Source: Candidatus Omnitrophota bacterium (GTDB lineage: Bacteria; Omnitrophota; Gorgyraeia; Gygaellales; Profunditerraquicolaceae). From it: DNA of 64,000 nt. Under the pieces are notes generated by a model. The model saw only the letters and a program-made list of their open reading frames with translations. It searched no databases and was not told where the DNA came from. Positions 9,346 to 18,308 of the stretch are shown here, one piece after another. The position numbers and the translations under genes were made by a program. Every line of letters begins with the position of its first letter. Position 1 is the stretch's first letter. The stretch is from contig JADHWA010000001.1 in assembly GCA_016783715.1 (NCBI GenBank), forward strand, positions 118 to 64,117, given 5' to 3'.

Positions 9346-10711
9346 ACAGCTCCAGGTATTGTCTCGCCGCTTCATCCCAGGAAAAATCATATTTCATGAC
9401 TTTTTTAACCAGTGTCTCCCATCCCGGTTTATCTGCGTAAGCACTAATCGCTCTCTGTATGGCCTCAACTAATCCCTCTTGATCATATCTATCAAAGACA
9501 AATCCGTTCTCCGGGCTAACGGTATCGGCCAGGCCTCCGGTTTTAAAGACCAAAGGAAGAGTGCCGTATCGAAAACTGATCAACTGGCTCAATCCGCAAG
9601 GTTCATACTTCGATGGCATCAGGAATAAGTCGCTGCCGGCATAGACTTTATGCGACAGGGGATTATCGAATCCCGGACGCAGGCAAAATTTTCCCGGATA
9701 TCTTTTGGCCAGCTTCTCTAAGACAGGATAATAATTTAGCTCCGGCATGCCTAGCACCACTAGCTGCAGATCCATCCCGCAGATCTGATCAATGGCCTTA
9801 ATCAACAGATCAATCCCTTTCTGCCCGGTGAGCCTGGATACCATACCGAACAACGGTAGATCAGCCCTAATATTAAGACCACAAGCCCTCTGCAGATCCT
9901 CTTTATCTTTACTCTTGCCTTCAAGATTATCCGATAGATAAGTGCTGGCGATATATTTATCGTTCTTTGGATCCCAGATAGAGTAATCTACGCCGTTTAA
10001 AATACCTATCAATGAACTCCTGTGTTTCTTCAAAACTTCCGCTAACCCAGCCCCATATTCTTCTGTCTGGATTTCCCGGCTATAGGTAGCGCTAACAGTA
10101 CTTATTGCATCGCAATACTCTATCCCACCTTTAAGCAGATTAAGCCTACCATCAAACTCTAAACCTCCCGGACCAAGCAGGCGTTCAGGAAGGCCTAACT
10201 TAGGGAACTCCTGCTTAGGAAACTGCCCCTGATATACAACATTGTGTATTGTTAATACGGTCTTTGCCTGCTTAAAAAACTCCTCCCGGGCATATAATTC
10301 CTTAAGAAAGATAGCAATCAGGCAGGTATGCCAATCGTGCAAATGGATAATCTCAGGCTGAAAATCTATCTCCTTCAATAAAGCAATAGTTCTCCTCGAA
10401 TAATACAAGAATCTATCAAGGTTATCCTTATAATCCTGATCTACGTCACCATAGATACCATCCCGATCAAAAAACTTTTTACTCTCAACAAAATAGACCT
10501 TTGTAGCCTTACCGATATTCGCCACTGATATATCCGGACTCAGACTCTCAATCTTTATCCCTGCGCTGCCTTCATCCTTATAACCGGGGACCACCACAAC
10601 TACCTGACACCCTTGCTTCTCTAATGCCACAGGCAGCGCCCCTAACACATCGGCAAGGCCGCCGACCTTAGAAAATGGCACCATCTCCGCAGCACACATT
10701 ACTACCTTCAT
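9332..10711 (-). CDS. glgA: Glycogen synthase
   Basis: KVGGLADV, HLHDWH, TIHN, MPSKYEPCGLSQ, TGGLADTV. Confidence 0.96.
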   Translation of the reverse strand: MKVVMCAAEMVPFSKVGGLADVLGALPVALEKQGCQVVVVVPGYKDEGSAGIKIESLSPDISVANIGKATKVYFVESKKFFDRDGIYGDVDQDYKDNLDRFLYYSRRTIALLKEIDFQPEIIHLHDWHTCLIAIFLKELYAREEFFKQAKTVLTIHNVVYQGQFPKQEFPKLGLPERLLGPGGLEFDGRLNLLKGGIEYCDAISTVSATYSREIQTEEYGAGLAEVLKKHRSSLIGILNGVDYSIWDPKNDKYIASTYLSDNLEGKSKDKEDLQRACGLNIRADLPLFGMVSRLTGQKGIDLLIKAIDQICGMDLQLVVLGMPELNYYPVLEKLAKRYPGKFCLRPGFDNPLSHKVYAGSDLFLMPSKYEPCGLSQLISFRYGTLPLVFKTGGLADTVSPENGFVFDRYDQEGLVEAIQRAISAYADKPGWETLVKKVMKYDFSWDEAARQYLELYERV

Positions 10712-13242
10712 TTAACAGACTCCATCTCCAGCCAATTCTTACCTTTCTTTACCGTGACCGTTATCGGGACCTTCAACTTCAAAGCAGATTCCATCCGCTC
10801 TCTGATTAATTCTATAGATTCCTTAAGCTCATCCTGCGGCACCTCAAATACCAGCTCATCATGAACCTGAAGCAACATCGCAGTCTTTAATTTCTTCTCC
10901 TGTATTTGATGGTATATATTAACCATCGCTAATTTTATCAAGTCGCTTGCCGAACCCTGTATCGGAGTATTTACCGCCTGGCGTTCGCTAAGCGCTCGGA
11001 TAGCCATATTAGAGCTGTTTATCTCAGGCAGATACCTGCGCCTTCCCAGTATTGTAGTAACAAACCCTTCTTCTCTGGCTCTTGTTATCTGCTCCTCTAT
11101 ATATTCTTTTACTTTCGGATACCTGAGGAAATAGGCGTCGATAAACTGCTGGGCATCTTCGAACGATATATTCAAGTCGCGCGAGAGCCCGTATGCACTC
11201 AAGCCATAGACTATACCGAAGTTAATCCGTTTTGCTACTTCTCGCATCTGATCATCCACATCTGTCTCCTTGATATCGTAAATCAAGGAAGCGGTGATCT
11301 TATGAATGTCTTTGCCGTCTCTGAAGGCTTCAATCAGCCTCTGATCTCCACAGAGATGGGCCAAAATCCTTAGCTCAACCTGAGAATAATCACAGGAGAC
11401 AAGATCCCACCCGGCAGCCGAAACTATAACCGCACGCCTGATCTGACTGCCTAAATCTGTCCTGATAGGAAGATTCTGCAGATTGGGATTGGCAGAACTT
11501 AAGCGGCCGGTTTCTGTGCCGGTCTGCTTAAAAGACGTATGAATCCGGGAAGTCAACTTATCGGCCAATTCCGGAAGCGCATCAATATATGTGCTCTTTA
11601 ATTTCATCAGTTGGCGATACTCCAGCAACATAGCCGGCAGCTTGTGCTTTTTGGCCAGCTTTCTTAAAACCTCCTCATTGGTAGAAGGCCCGGTTTTAGT
11701 CTTTTTGACCACCGGCAGTTTCAATTTTTCAAAGAGGATCTCTCTTAATTGCTTCGGAGAGTTTATATTAAAATCGGTACCGCTTGTACTATAGATCTCC
11801 TTGGTCAATTTTTTTAGTTTTTTCCCTAAATCCTCCGAAAGCCCCTTAAGAACTTTCCGGTCGATCTTTATCCCGTTTATCTCCATCTGGGCCAGCACCT
11901 CTACCAGAGGCATCTCAATATCATAAAAAAGCTTATCTAACGATTTATTATGGAGCTCCTTCTCCAGTTTTTGCTTCAATCTGACTATCGCTGTGATTGA
12001 GGTTGCCGCCTCAACAGGAGCAGCGAATCTGGCCTGGAGATACTCCCAGGATATATCCTCCAGGTCAAAGGCGCCTCCGGAGGGATTTAGTAAATAAGCG
12101 GCGATCATGGTATCAAAATACATGCCCCCTAAATCAACGCCGCAATCTTTCAATTTAATCCTGGTGGTTTTCAAATCGTGGCCGGATTTTTTTATCGAGG
12201 AGTCTGAGAGCACCTTCTTTGTCTGGGCGCCTGGAGAATTTAGCTTAAAAATTTTATCCCCCAGAGAAAAAAACATCTCTTGATTATCGGCCAAATAAAG
12301 GAAAATCTCTTTTTCCTTAATTGCCAGGTCAGCAAAATCTTTATCCTTCAGGGTATCTACCTTGATATCACACCTTTTCTCTTGTACAGGCAAGCTCCTA
12401 AGCAGCGACTTGAACTCAAACTGTTTAAATAATTTAAAGAGTTCATCTAAATCCGGTTCCTCGACCCTGGTCTCTGCAATCCCTATCTTGATCTCAGGCC
12501 TGCTGCCTAACACCGCTAATTCTTTACTTAGGCGCAAAATCTTGATTTCAGCCTTAATGCTTTCTTTTAATTTTCCCTGCTTTAGGGTATCCAGATTCTT
12601 AATCAGGTTCTCCACGCTCCCAAACTCTTTGATCAGCTTAACAGCGGTCTTCTCTCCGATGCCGGAGACCCCCGGAATATTATCGGCATTATCCCCCATC
12701 AGGGCGATAATATCCGGTATCGCCGATGGTTTTATCCCATAACGCTGGATGACCTTATCTTCATCATAAAGCGTACCCTCATCCTTATAGGGGCTGAAGA
12801 CTTCTACATTTTTATTAACTAACTGCAGCATATCTTTATCTGAACTGACGATGGTTGTAGAGATACCCTGATCCCCGGCTTTCTTGGCTAAGGTAGCGAT
12901 GACATCATCTGCCTCAAACCCTTCCTTCTCCAATATGGCGATCCCGTAAGCAGAGATTATCCTCTTAATCCAGGGGATCTGGCTACCCAGCTCATCTGGC
13001 ATCGGTGGCCGCTGAATCTTATACTCCGCGAACTTCTTCTGGCGAAAAGTATCCCGGGAAACATCAAAACAGGCCGCCAGATATTCAGGCTTCTCTTCCT
13101 TTAGCATCTTATCCAATATCTTTACAAAACCGTATATGGCATTGGTTGGCTGCCCGCTGGATGTGCTTAAGTTTTGCAGGCCATAAAACGCCCGATAGCA
13201 AAAGCCTGTAGCGTCTATCAGATACAAACGTTTATTCTTCAT
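10708..13242 (-). CDS. polA: DNA polymerase I
   Basis: 5'-3' exonuclease domain (EADD, SSDKD, GDNADNIPGV); polymerase motifs DYSQVELR, KRINFGIVYG, QVHDEL; middle 3'-5' exo domain looks degenerate. Confidence 0.98.
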   Translation of the reverse strand: MKNKRLYLIDATGFCYRAFYGLQNLSTSSGQPTNAIYGFVKILDKMLKEEKPEYLAACFDVSRDTFRQKKFAEYKIQRPPMPDELGSQIPWIKRIISAYGIAILEKEGFEADDVIATLAKKAGDQGISTTIVSSDKDMLQLVNKNVEVFSPYKDEGTLYDEDKVIQRYGIKPSAIPDIIALMGDNADNIPGVSGIGEKTAVKLIKEFGSVENLIKNLDTLKQGKLKESIKAEIKILRLSKELAVLGSRPEIKIGIAETRVEEPDLDELFKLFKQFEFKSLLRSLPVQEKRCDIKVDTLKDKDFADLAIKEKEIFLYLADNQEMFFSLGDKIFKLNSPGAQTKKVLSDSSIKKSGHDLKTTRIKLKDCGVDLGGMYFDTMIAAYLLNPSGGAFDLEDISWEYLQARFAAPVEAATSITAIVRLKQKLEKELHNKSLDKLFYDIEMPLVEVLAQMEINGIKIDRKVLKGLSEDLGKKLKKLTKEIYSTSGTDFNINSPKQLREILFEKLKLPVVKKTKTGPSTNEEVLRKLAKKHKLPAMLLEYRQLMKLKSTYIDALPELADKLTSRIHTSFKQTGTETGRLSSANPNLQNLPIRTDLGSQIRRAVIVSAAGWDLVSCDYSQVELRILAHLCGDQRLIEAFRDGKDIHKITASLIYDIKETDVDDQMREVAKRINFGIVYGLSAYGLSRDLNISFEDAQQFIDAYFLRYPKVKEYIEEQITRAREEGFVTTILGRRRYLPEINSSNMAIRALSERQAVNTPIQGSASDLIKLAMVNIYHQIQEKKLKTAMLLQVHDELVFEVPQDELKESIELIRERMESALKLKVPITVTVKKGKNWLEMESVK

Positions 13243-13297
13243 TGATTAATTCAATGGATTTCATTTTCGCGGCAGGAAAAATTTGCTTTGCGGTCTT

Positions 13298-14107
13298 TTA
13301 TTTTGTCAATAGCCGTAATTGGATCTTCTCGACAAACTCTGAAATCTCCTCATTCCTGGGATCCAGCTGCATTGCGCTGATTCCGTCCCGAAAGGCCTCG
13401 GCCAGCTCGTCTCTCTGATAGTGCCCTCTGGCTCGCCCCAGATAGACCTTGGCAGCCTCTAAATCATCAGCTCTCATTAATTCCTTCTGAGCGGAGATAT
13501 CAAGTGCCAAATCCACTGCTTTGTTTTCTTGTACTACGTCGATATCCTTACCTAAAGCATAATACACGTCATTTAACCGCCCGCTTGCCCTCTCGGTCCA
13601 GGGATCATTGGGGTCCCCCAGGTCAATTCTCTTCTCCCAATAAGTAGCAGCTTCCTCAAACTTCCTCTGGCCCTGATACAGAGAAGCTAAATTAAAGTAT
13701 GCGCCCAGATATCCCGGATCAACCATGATTGCCATCTTATAGGCCTCTTCGGCTGCCACTATATTCCCCAAGGCCTCAGCGGTTATCCCCAGGTCGTTGT
13801 AGGCAGTCGCATATAGCGGATCCGCATAAACCGCCCTCTGGTAGAAGCTCATGGCCACCTGATAATTACCTCCGCCCTGGGCTTCTGCACCGAGGCTCCT
13901 GTATTCCCTGGCCATCCTGCGCAAAGGAAACAGGTCGTCATCCTCATCTAGAGTTGCGTCAGGTGATTTATCCCTGGAACCTGGTGGTTTTACGAAGTCA
14001 AATTCGAAGGTATCCGCGCTGGCAACACTAGAGACAAAAAAGCCGCTTAGTAGAATTGATAAAATTAAGCTGATTCTTAACGTAATTTTAAAGGCGGGAT
14101 GAGGCAT
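13298..14107 (-). CDS. Exported tetratricopeptide repeat protein
   Basis: Signal-peptide-like N-terminus; TPR patterns (AYNDLG, AYFNLA, A..DP). Confidence 0.8.
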   Translation of the reverse strand: MPHPAFKITLRISLILSILLSGFFVSSVASADTFEFDFVKPPGSRDKSPDATLDEDDDLFPLRRMAREYRSLGAEAQGGGNYQVAMSFYQRAVYADPLYATAYNDLGITAEALGNIVAAEEAYKMAIMVDPGYLGAYFNLASLYQGQRKFEEAATYWEKRIDLGDPNDPWTERASGRLNDVYYALGKDIDVVQENKAVDLALDISAQKELMRADDLEAAKVYLGRARGHYQRDELAEAFRDGISAMQLDPRNEEISEFVEKIQLRLLTK

Positions 14108-14119
14108 TTATTTGATTTT

Positions 14120-14147
14120 ATTATACATCCGAATACTGTATGGTCAA
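14120..14147 (-). promoter_or_regulatory. Putative sigma70 promoter for TPR gene/polA
   Basis: TTGACC-16 nt-TATAAT on minus strand, 12 nt upstream of ATG 14107. Confidence 0.55.
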
Positions 14148-14300
14148 GGAAAATTTACCTCTGGTAACAAGGAATTTTCCTTGATCTTGAGCAACGGAAG
14201 AGCGAAAGATCTCAAGGAAAATCTACACCTACATAGCCCCTCTCTCCTTGATCTCGAGGAGCAAAAGCGACGAGAGATCTCAAGGAAAATTTACCTCTGG
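14144..14300. repeat. Array of TCCTTGA...TCAAGGA palindromes with 21 bp direct repeat ends
   Basis: TCAAGGAAAATTTACCTCTGG at 14144-14164 and 14280-14300; hairpins at 14178-14218 and 14245-14286. Confidence 0.85.
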
Positions 14301-14309
14301 AGACAGAGA

Positions 14310-16490
14310 TTACATCATCGGATCCATCTCTAAGGCCGGATGTTTTAGCTTCTGTAATGACTCCAATAGCTGCTCAGAAGTAGTTGTGGTTGTTTCATCT
14401 GCGATTTTTTCGATCAGATCCGGCTGGCCAAGCTCTTCGGCCCTCTTCTTTAATTTATCCCCCAGGAGTTCTTTGAGCTCCTTAGGCATCCAGAGCAGCC
14501 GTTTTAGCCCTCCTTCAGCAGAGATGAATTTCTTACTTACAAGGTATAATTTTCCTACACCTAAAAATCCGGGAGTCTGGACCCCGCCACCAACTGACCC
14601 GGCAAGAGTAGTAAAACTCATCCCGCAGGGGGTCATCCCGGAATAATCACGATGCACTACCATTACCCCGTTTGCTTCAGGAATAATTGCTACAATACAT
14701 TCAAAGCAGCCGCAGGAAGATTGCGGAGAGTCCATCAGCGAATACATACTCACTTTCTCTATGGTTTTATTTGATTTGCTGTAGAAGAATTCATTAATAT
14801 CTTTCCACTGTCCCAAATTCTGATCAACTACCGCTCCTTTAGCGACAGGTTGATTCGGTCCGGTAGGCGTAATCTCATAAGAAGCCTTCCCGTCCAGCCA
14901 GGAATAAGCCCCACATAGCCCCAGCCGCTCAGGAGTAATCATACAGACATGATTAGGAGCAAAGCTCTGACAGAGTGTACAGCTATAAAAGGTATCTACG
15001 CTCTCATCGGTCATTCCTCTTAAACGCTCGTCGCGCTCTTTAAAGGTATTACTGGCCTCTGCTAATAATTTTTCGAGATCCTCCTGCTTGGTATAGATTT
15101 TTATCTGCACCTTATCTACGATTGCGCTATACTCCTGATGCAACATCGCATGCAAGATCACGCCGATATGTTTAAGCCGGAATCCTTTACTGAAGGCCTC
15201 CTGAGAAACCCTGATCCAATTCATATCTCTCTGGCCCACATGCATCAGTCCCATAGCATAATTTACGAAACGATGGATCTGTCGCTCCAGAACAGGCTCA
15301 AAATCCTTCTGCATCTTACGTCCGGCGACTTCCACAATCAAGGCCAAAGGCATGGATTTTTTCCCCTTCTCAGGCTGATCTATATCAGGACCGATAATCT
15401 CGATCTTGCCGTCAACGACTTGATCCATATCTTTCATCGTCAGGTACTCAAATGCCTGTCCTGATTTACCCCCAAACTCAAGCTGAAGCTGCTCTTTACG
15501 CACACGCTCCCCCTCAAAAGCCGCTGCATAGGATACCGGCACTGCGATATTACTGACCTTGACCTTAACTCCCCTTACCTCGATACAGCGCGGGACTATT
15601 TTTTTATGATCCAGTTCCTTAACCAGGGCTTCATAGACGGTTATCCCGGAAGGCTTGATCTCGGGTATATCGGTATCAGCGATAATCGGAAAACCCATAT
15701 TGATCGCTCCGGCTCCGGTGGCATATTTAATATCATCCAATTCCCCCAAAACCAGCCCAAAGGCAAATACGCGTTCCTTTGTATAGAGAAGACACTTCTC
15801 GGCCTGGCCAGGCTTAATACCTCCGAAGGTCAGAGCCGAGCGAATTGCCCAATTCAAAGGATAGATACCGGAGATGGTATCCCGTCCGTATGGAACGATA
15901 TAATTATCCCACCCCATCTGGACATTCTCTTCTATTAACTGGTCAATTATTGAACGTCCGTTTACCGATGAACCGACAAATGCCAGGATATTTCTCTGCT
16001 GAAGCTCTCGCACAATCTTTACCGCTGTCTGATTATCCGGGGCGGCACCCAATATCGCAGCAAACCCGGGCATGCGCCCATCAACCAGCTGGATCCCCAG
16101 TGAACGCATAATAGTATCAGTAAAGAAGCCATTGCAATCTTTCTGCGGTTCCTGCTGATATAGATAACGGAGTGCTACGATTATCTCCTCAGAGAAGAGT
16201 GTGGCCATTCCGGCGTTTAGGGCATCCCCTAAATAAGGAAGCCATACTTTATCTGCCGGCACCTGAGGCAACAAACTCTCGGCATGTTTAAGGATAGCTA
16301 TGGCGTCCTTTAAGGTTTCAACCTTCACTCCCAAAAGCGCATTGGCCATAGGCATGTAAAATGCGGTCTCGGGAAATTCTATCCTTTGACTCTCTCCTTT
16401 TTCTTTAATCGCTTTATCCAGGAAATCAGATGCCTGCTTAAAGACCTCCCGGGATCCTCTAATAACTGCCTCAGCTACTATTTTAGACAT
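14310..16490 (-). CDS. acsB: Acetyl-CoA synthase (CODH/ACS beta subunit)
   Basis: CTLCQSFAPNHVC, GLCGA, SCGCFEC A-cluster ligands; bacterial-type N-terminal domain. Confidence 0.96.
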   Translation of the reverse strand: MSKIVAEAVIRGSREVFKQASDFLDKAIKEKGESQRIEFPETAFYMPMANALLGVKVETLKDAIAILKHAESLLPQVPADKVWLPYLGDALNAGMATLFSEEIIVALRYLYQQEPQKDCNGFFTDTIMRSLGIQLVDGRMPGFAAILGAAPDNQTAVKIVRELQQRNILAFVGSSVNGRSIIDQLIEENVQMGWDNYIVPYGRDTISGIYPLNWAIRSALTFGGIKPGQAEKCLLYTKERVFAFGLVLGELDDIKYATGAGAINMGFPIIADTDIPEIKPSGITVYEALVKELDHKKIVPRCIEVRGVKVKVSNIAVPVSYAAAFEGERVRKEQLQLEFGGKSGQAFEYLTMKDMDQVVDGKIEIIGPDIDQPEKGKKSMPLALIVEVAGRKMQKDFEPVLERQIHRFVNYAMGLMHVGQRDMNWIRVSQEAFSKGFRLKHIGVILHAMLHQEYSAIVDKVQIKIYTKQEDLEKLLAEASNTFKERDERLRGMTDESVDTFYSCTLCQSFAPNHVCMITPERLGLCGAYSWLDGKASYEITPTGPNQPVAKGAVVDQNLGQWKDINEFFYSKSNKTIEKVSMYSLMDSPQSSCGCFECIVAIIPEANGVMVVHRDYSGMTPCGMSFTTLAGSVGGGVQTPGFLGVGKLYLVSKKFISAEGGLKRLLWMPKELKELLGDKLKKRAEELGQPDLIEKIADETTTTTSEQLLESLQKLKHPALEMDPMM

Positions 16491-17748
16491 ACAGCTTCTC
16501 CTTATCTTTCACAAGATCCATGATATCAGGATATCCAAAGTTATCTTCCAACAATTTATCACGCAAAGTCGATACATCAATTCTCTCTCTGATCAATTTT
16601 AAAAATAAGCCGCTACTATTGATATTCCCCACCAGAACCGCCCCCACCAGTAAATTATTCTGCAAGACTACCTTTTTATATACATTAGCACCCCGGTCAT
16701 AGGTCTTGAGCTCAAGGTAGCCCTGAAGGTCTTTTAAGTTATAGATCCCCAAAGATACTGTGGGAAGCCCGAAGAACTCCAGCGAATTCATAGCTACCGA
16801 GCCGTCATATTGAATCTTCTCTCCGGCCATATTGCTGCCTGCGACCTTCCCCTGCTCTACGGCAACCGGCCATAATGCATTTACAGCTAATTTACCCAGC
16901 GTCAGATCAAAACTCTCGGCACAATCTCCGGCAGTATAAATATTTTCTATGTTTGTAGCCAGGGTATTGCCGGAAATTATCCCCATCCCTGTTTTAATAT
17001 CGGTATTTTTGACTAAGTCTATATTCGGCGATACACCCTTGCCGACGATCACCAAAGATGCCCCGATGGCCTTTCCAGAATCAAGTTTTACCGCCTTGAT
17101 CTCTTTTTCTTCCCCGATAATCTCTGAGACCCCTTCTCCTAAGACCACCTCGATACCGTTATCCTCCAGTTTCTTTTTTACTAAACCGGCTGCCTCGGGA
17201 TCCAATATCTGTGATAATACCTGGTTGCTTCTTACGATAACTTTTACATCTACGCCTCGCTTTTTTAAGGCGTAGGCAACCTTCAGGCCTACTAAACCGC
17301 CGCCTAAAACACAGGCAGATTTTGTAACCGCCAACAACCCGTCAATATCCATTGTATTCTTTAAGGTGCGAAAGCCAAATACGCCGGTCTTTTTGATCCC
17401 CTTGGTATCGGGGAATTTTGGCGAGGCTCCGGTTGCAATAAGCAGGGAGTCATAGTCAAATGCGCTCTTATCCTGACAGACGATACGGTTCTTTTTAGGG
17501 TCAACCCGGGTTACTTTTTTATTTAAAATAAGTTCTATATTATTATCTTTGTAGAAACTCTCCGGCCGGTATAAAATCTTCTCTTTCTTAACATCACCCG
17601 CCAGATAGTAAGAGATCAGGCAGCGGCAATAAGAAGGATGCTCTTCATCCGAGAGAACGATAATCTTGGAGTCTTTATCCCTGCTTCTTATCGCCTCAAC
17701 CGCCGAGAGGCCTGCGGCTGAATTCCCTATAATTACGAACTGCTTCAT
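16483..17748 (-). CDS. FAD/NAD(P)-dependent oxidoreductase (CODH-associated)
   Basis: IIGNSAAG, LLIATGA, VLGGGLVG, TAGDCAE motifs; follows cooS-cooF. Confidence 0.88.
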   Translation of the reverse strand: MKQFVIIGNSAAGLSAVEAIRSRDKDSKIIVLSDEEHPSYCRCLISYYLAGDVKKEKILYRPESFYKDNNIELILNKKVTRVDPKKNRIVCQDKSAFDYDSLLIATGASPKFPDTKGIKKTGVFGFRTLKNTMDIDGLLAVTKSACVLGGGLVGLKVAYALKKRGVDVKVIVRSNQVLSQILDPEAAGLVKKKLEDNGIEVVLGEGVSEIIGEEKEIKAVKLDSGKAIGASLVIVGKGVSPNIDLVKNTDIKTGMGIISGNTLATNIENIYTAGDCAESFDLTLGKLAVNALWPVAVEQGKVAGSNMAGEKIQYDGSVAMNSLEFFGLPTVSLGIYNLKDLQGYLELKTYDRGANVYKKVVLQNNLLVGAVLVGNINSSGLFLKLIRERIDVSTLRDKLLEDNFGYPDIMDLVKDKEKLYV

Positions 17749-18194
17749 ACTTTAACCTCTGCTTCCTCACACCAGATGATCGCCCCTGTTGGACAGGCCT
17801 TCACGCATGCCGGTTCATCCTTATCCTGGCATTTATCGCAACGGATAGCCAGTTTTGTCAAAATATTTGGTCTTATCGCCCCGTATGGACAGGACATCAC
17901 GCACATCCAGCATCCTACACAGCGCTCCTGGTCATAGACAACCATATCTTTCTGGTCATCACGATATAATGCTGCGGCCATACAGGCATCAACGCATTTA
18001 GGCTCTTTACAATGCCTGCAGGAGACAGGATAATTATTACCCTTGCTGGAGTGGACTTTTTTTCTGGGTAAAGATTTCTTCTCTTCCTTAATCGCCTTAA
18101 ATATATCCTGGGTTAGCGAGTGTGCCAGGCTACAGGCGAGCTCGCAGGACTTGCATCCTAAACATTTTTTTACATCATAATAAAGCTTCTTCAT
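17745..18194 (-). CDS. cooF: 4Fe-4S dicluster electron transfer protein, CooF-like
   Basis: CLGCKSCELAC, CRHC..PKCVDAC, CVGCWMCVMSCP, CDKC...PACVKACP; start moved to ATG 18194. Confidence 0.85.
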   Translation of the reverse strand: MKKLYYDVKKCLGCKSCELACSLAHSLTQDIFKAIKEEKKSLPRKKVHSSKGNNYPVSCRHCKEPKCVDACMAAALYRDDQKDMVVYDQERCVGCWMCVMSCPYGAIRPNILTKLAIRCDKCQDKDEPACVKACPTGAIIWCEEAEVKV

Positions 18195-18195
18195 A

Positions 18196-18296
18196 AATGA
18201 ACGCATAACTTACGATCCGCCGCAGGCGGAGAGTAAGTTATATGCGTGAATTTATTCCCGGGCTCTGGTGGTGCGCAAAGGAAGCCCGGGAATCTC
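18196..18296. repeat. ATGA-hairpin-GAAT cassette with nested TCCGCC-GCA-GGCGGA, plus ATTCCCGGG...CCCGGGAAT module
   Basis: Nested stems separated by GA/GA mismatches at 18197-18251; second stem 18254-18293. Confidence 0.85.
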
Positions 18297-18308
18297 CTAC
18301 TTATCAAT

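Noticed and set aside
14144-14300. Repeat-spacer pattern as a mini-CRISPR
   Set aside because: Only two full units with differing loops; flanking segments are themselves repeated; no cas genes
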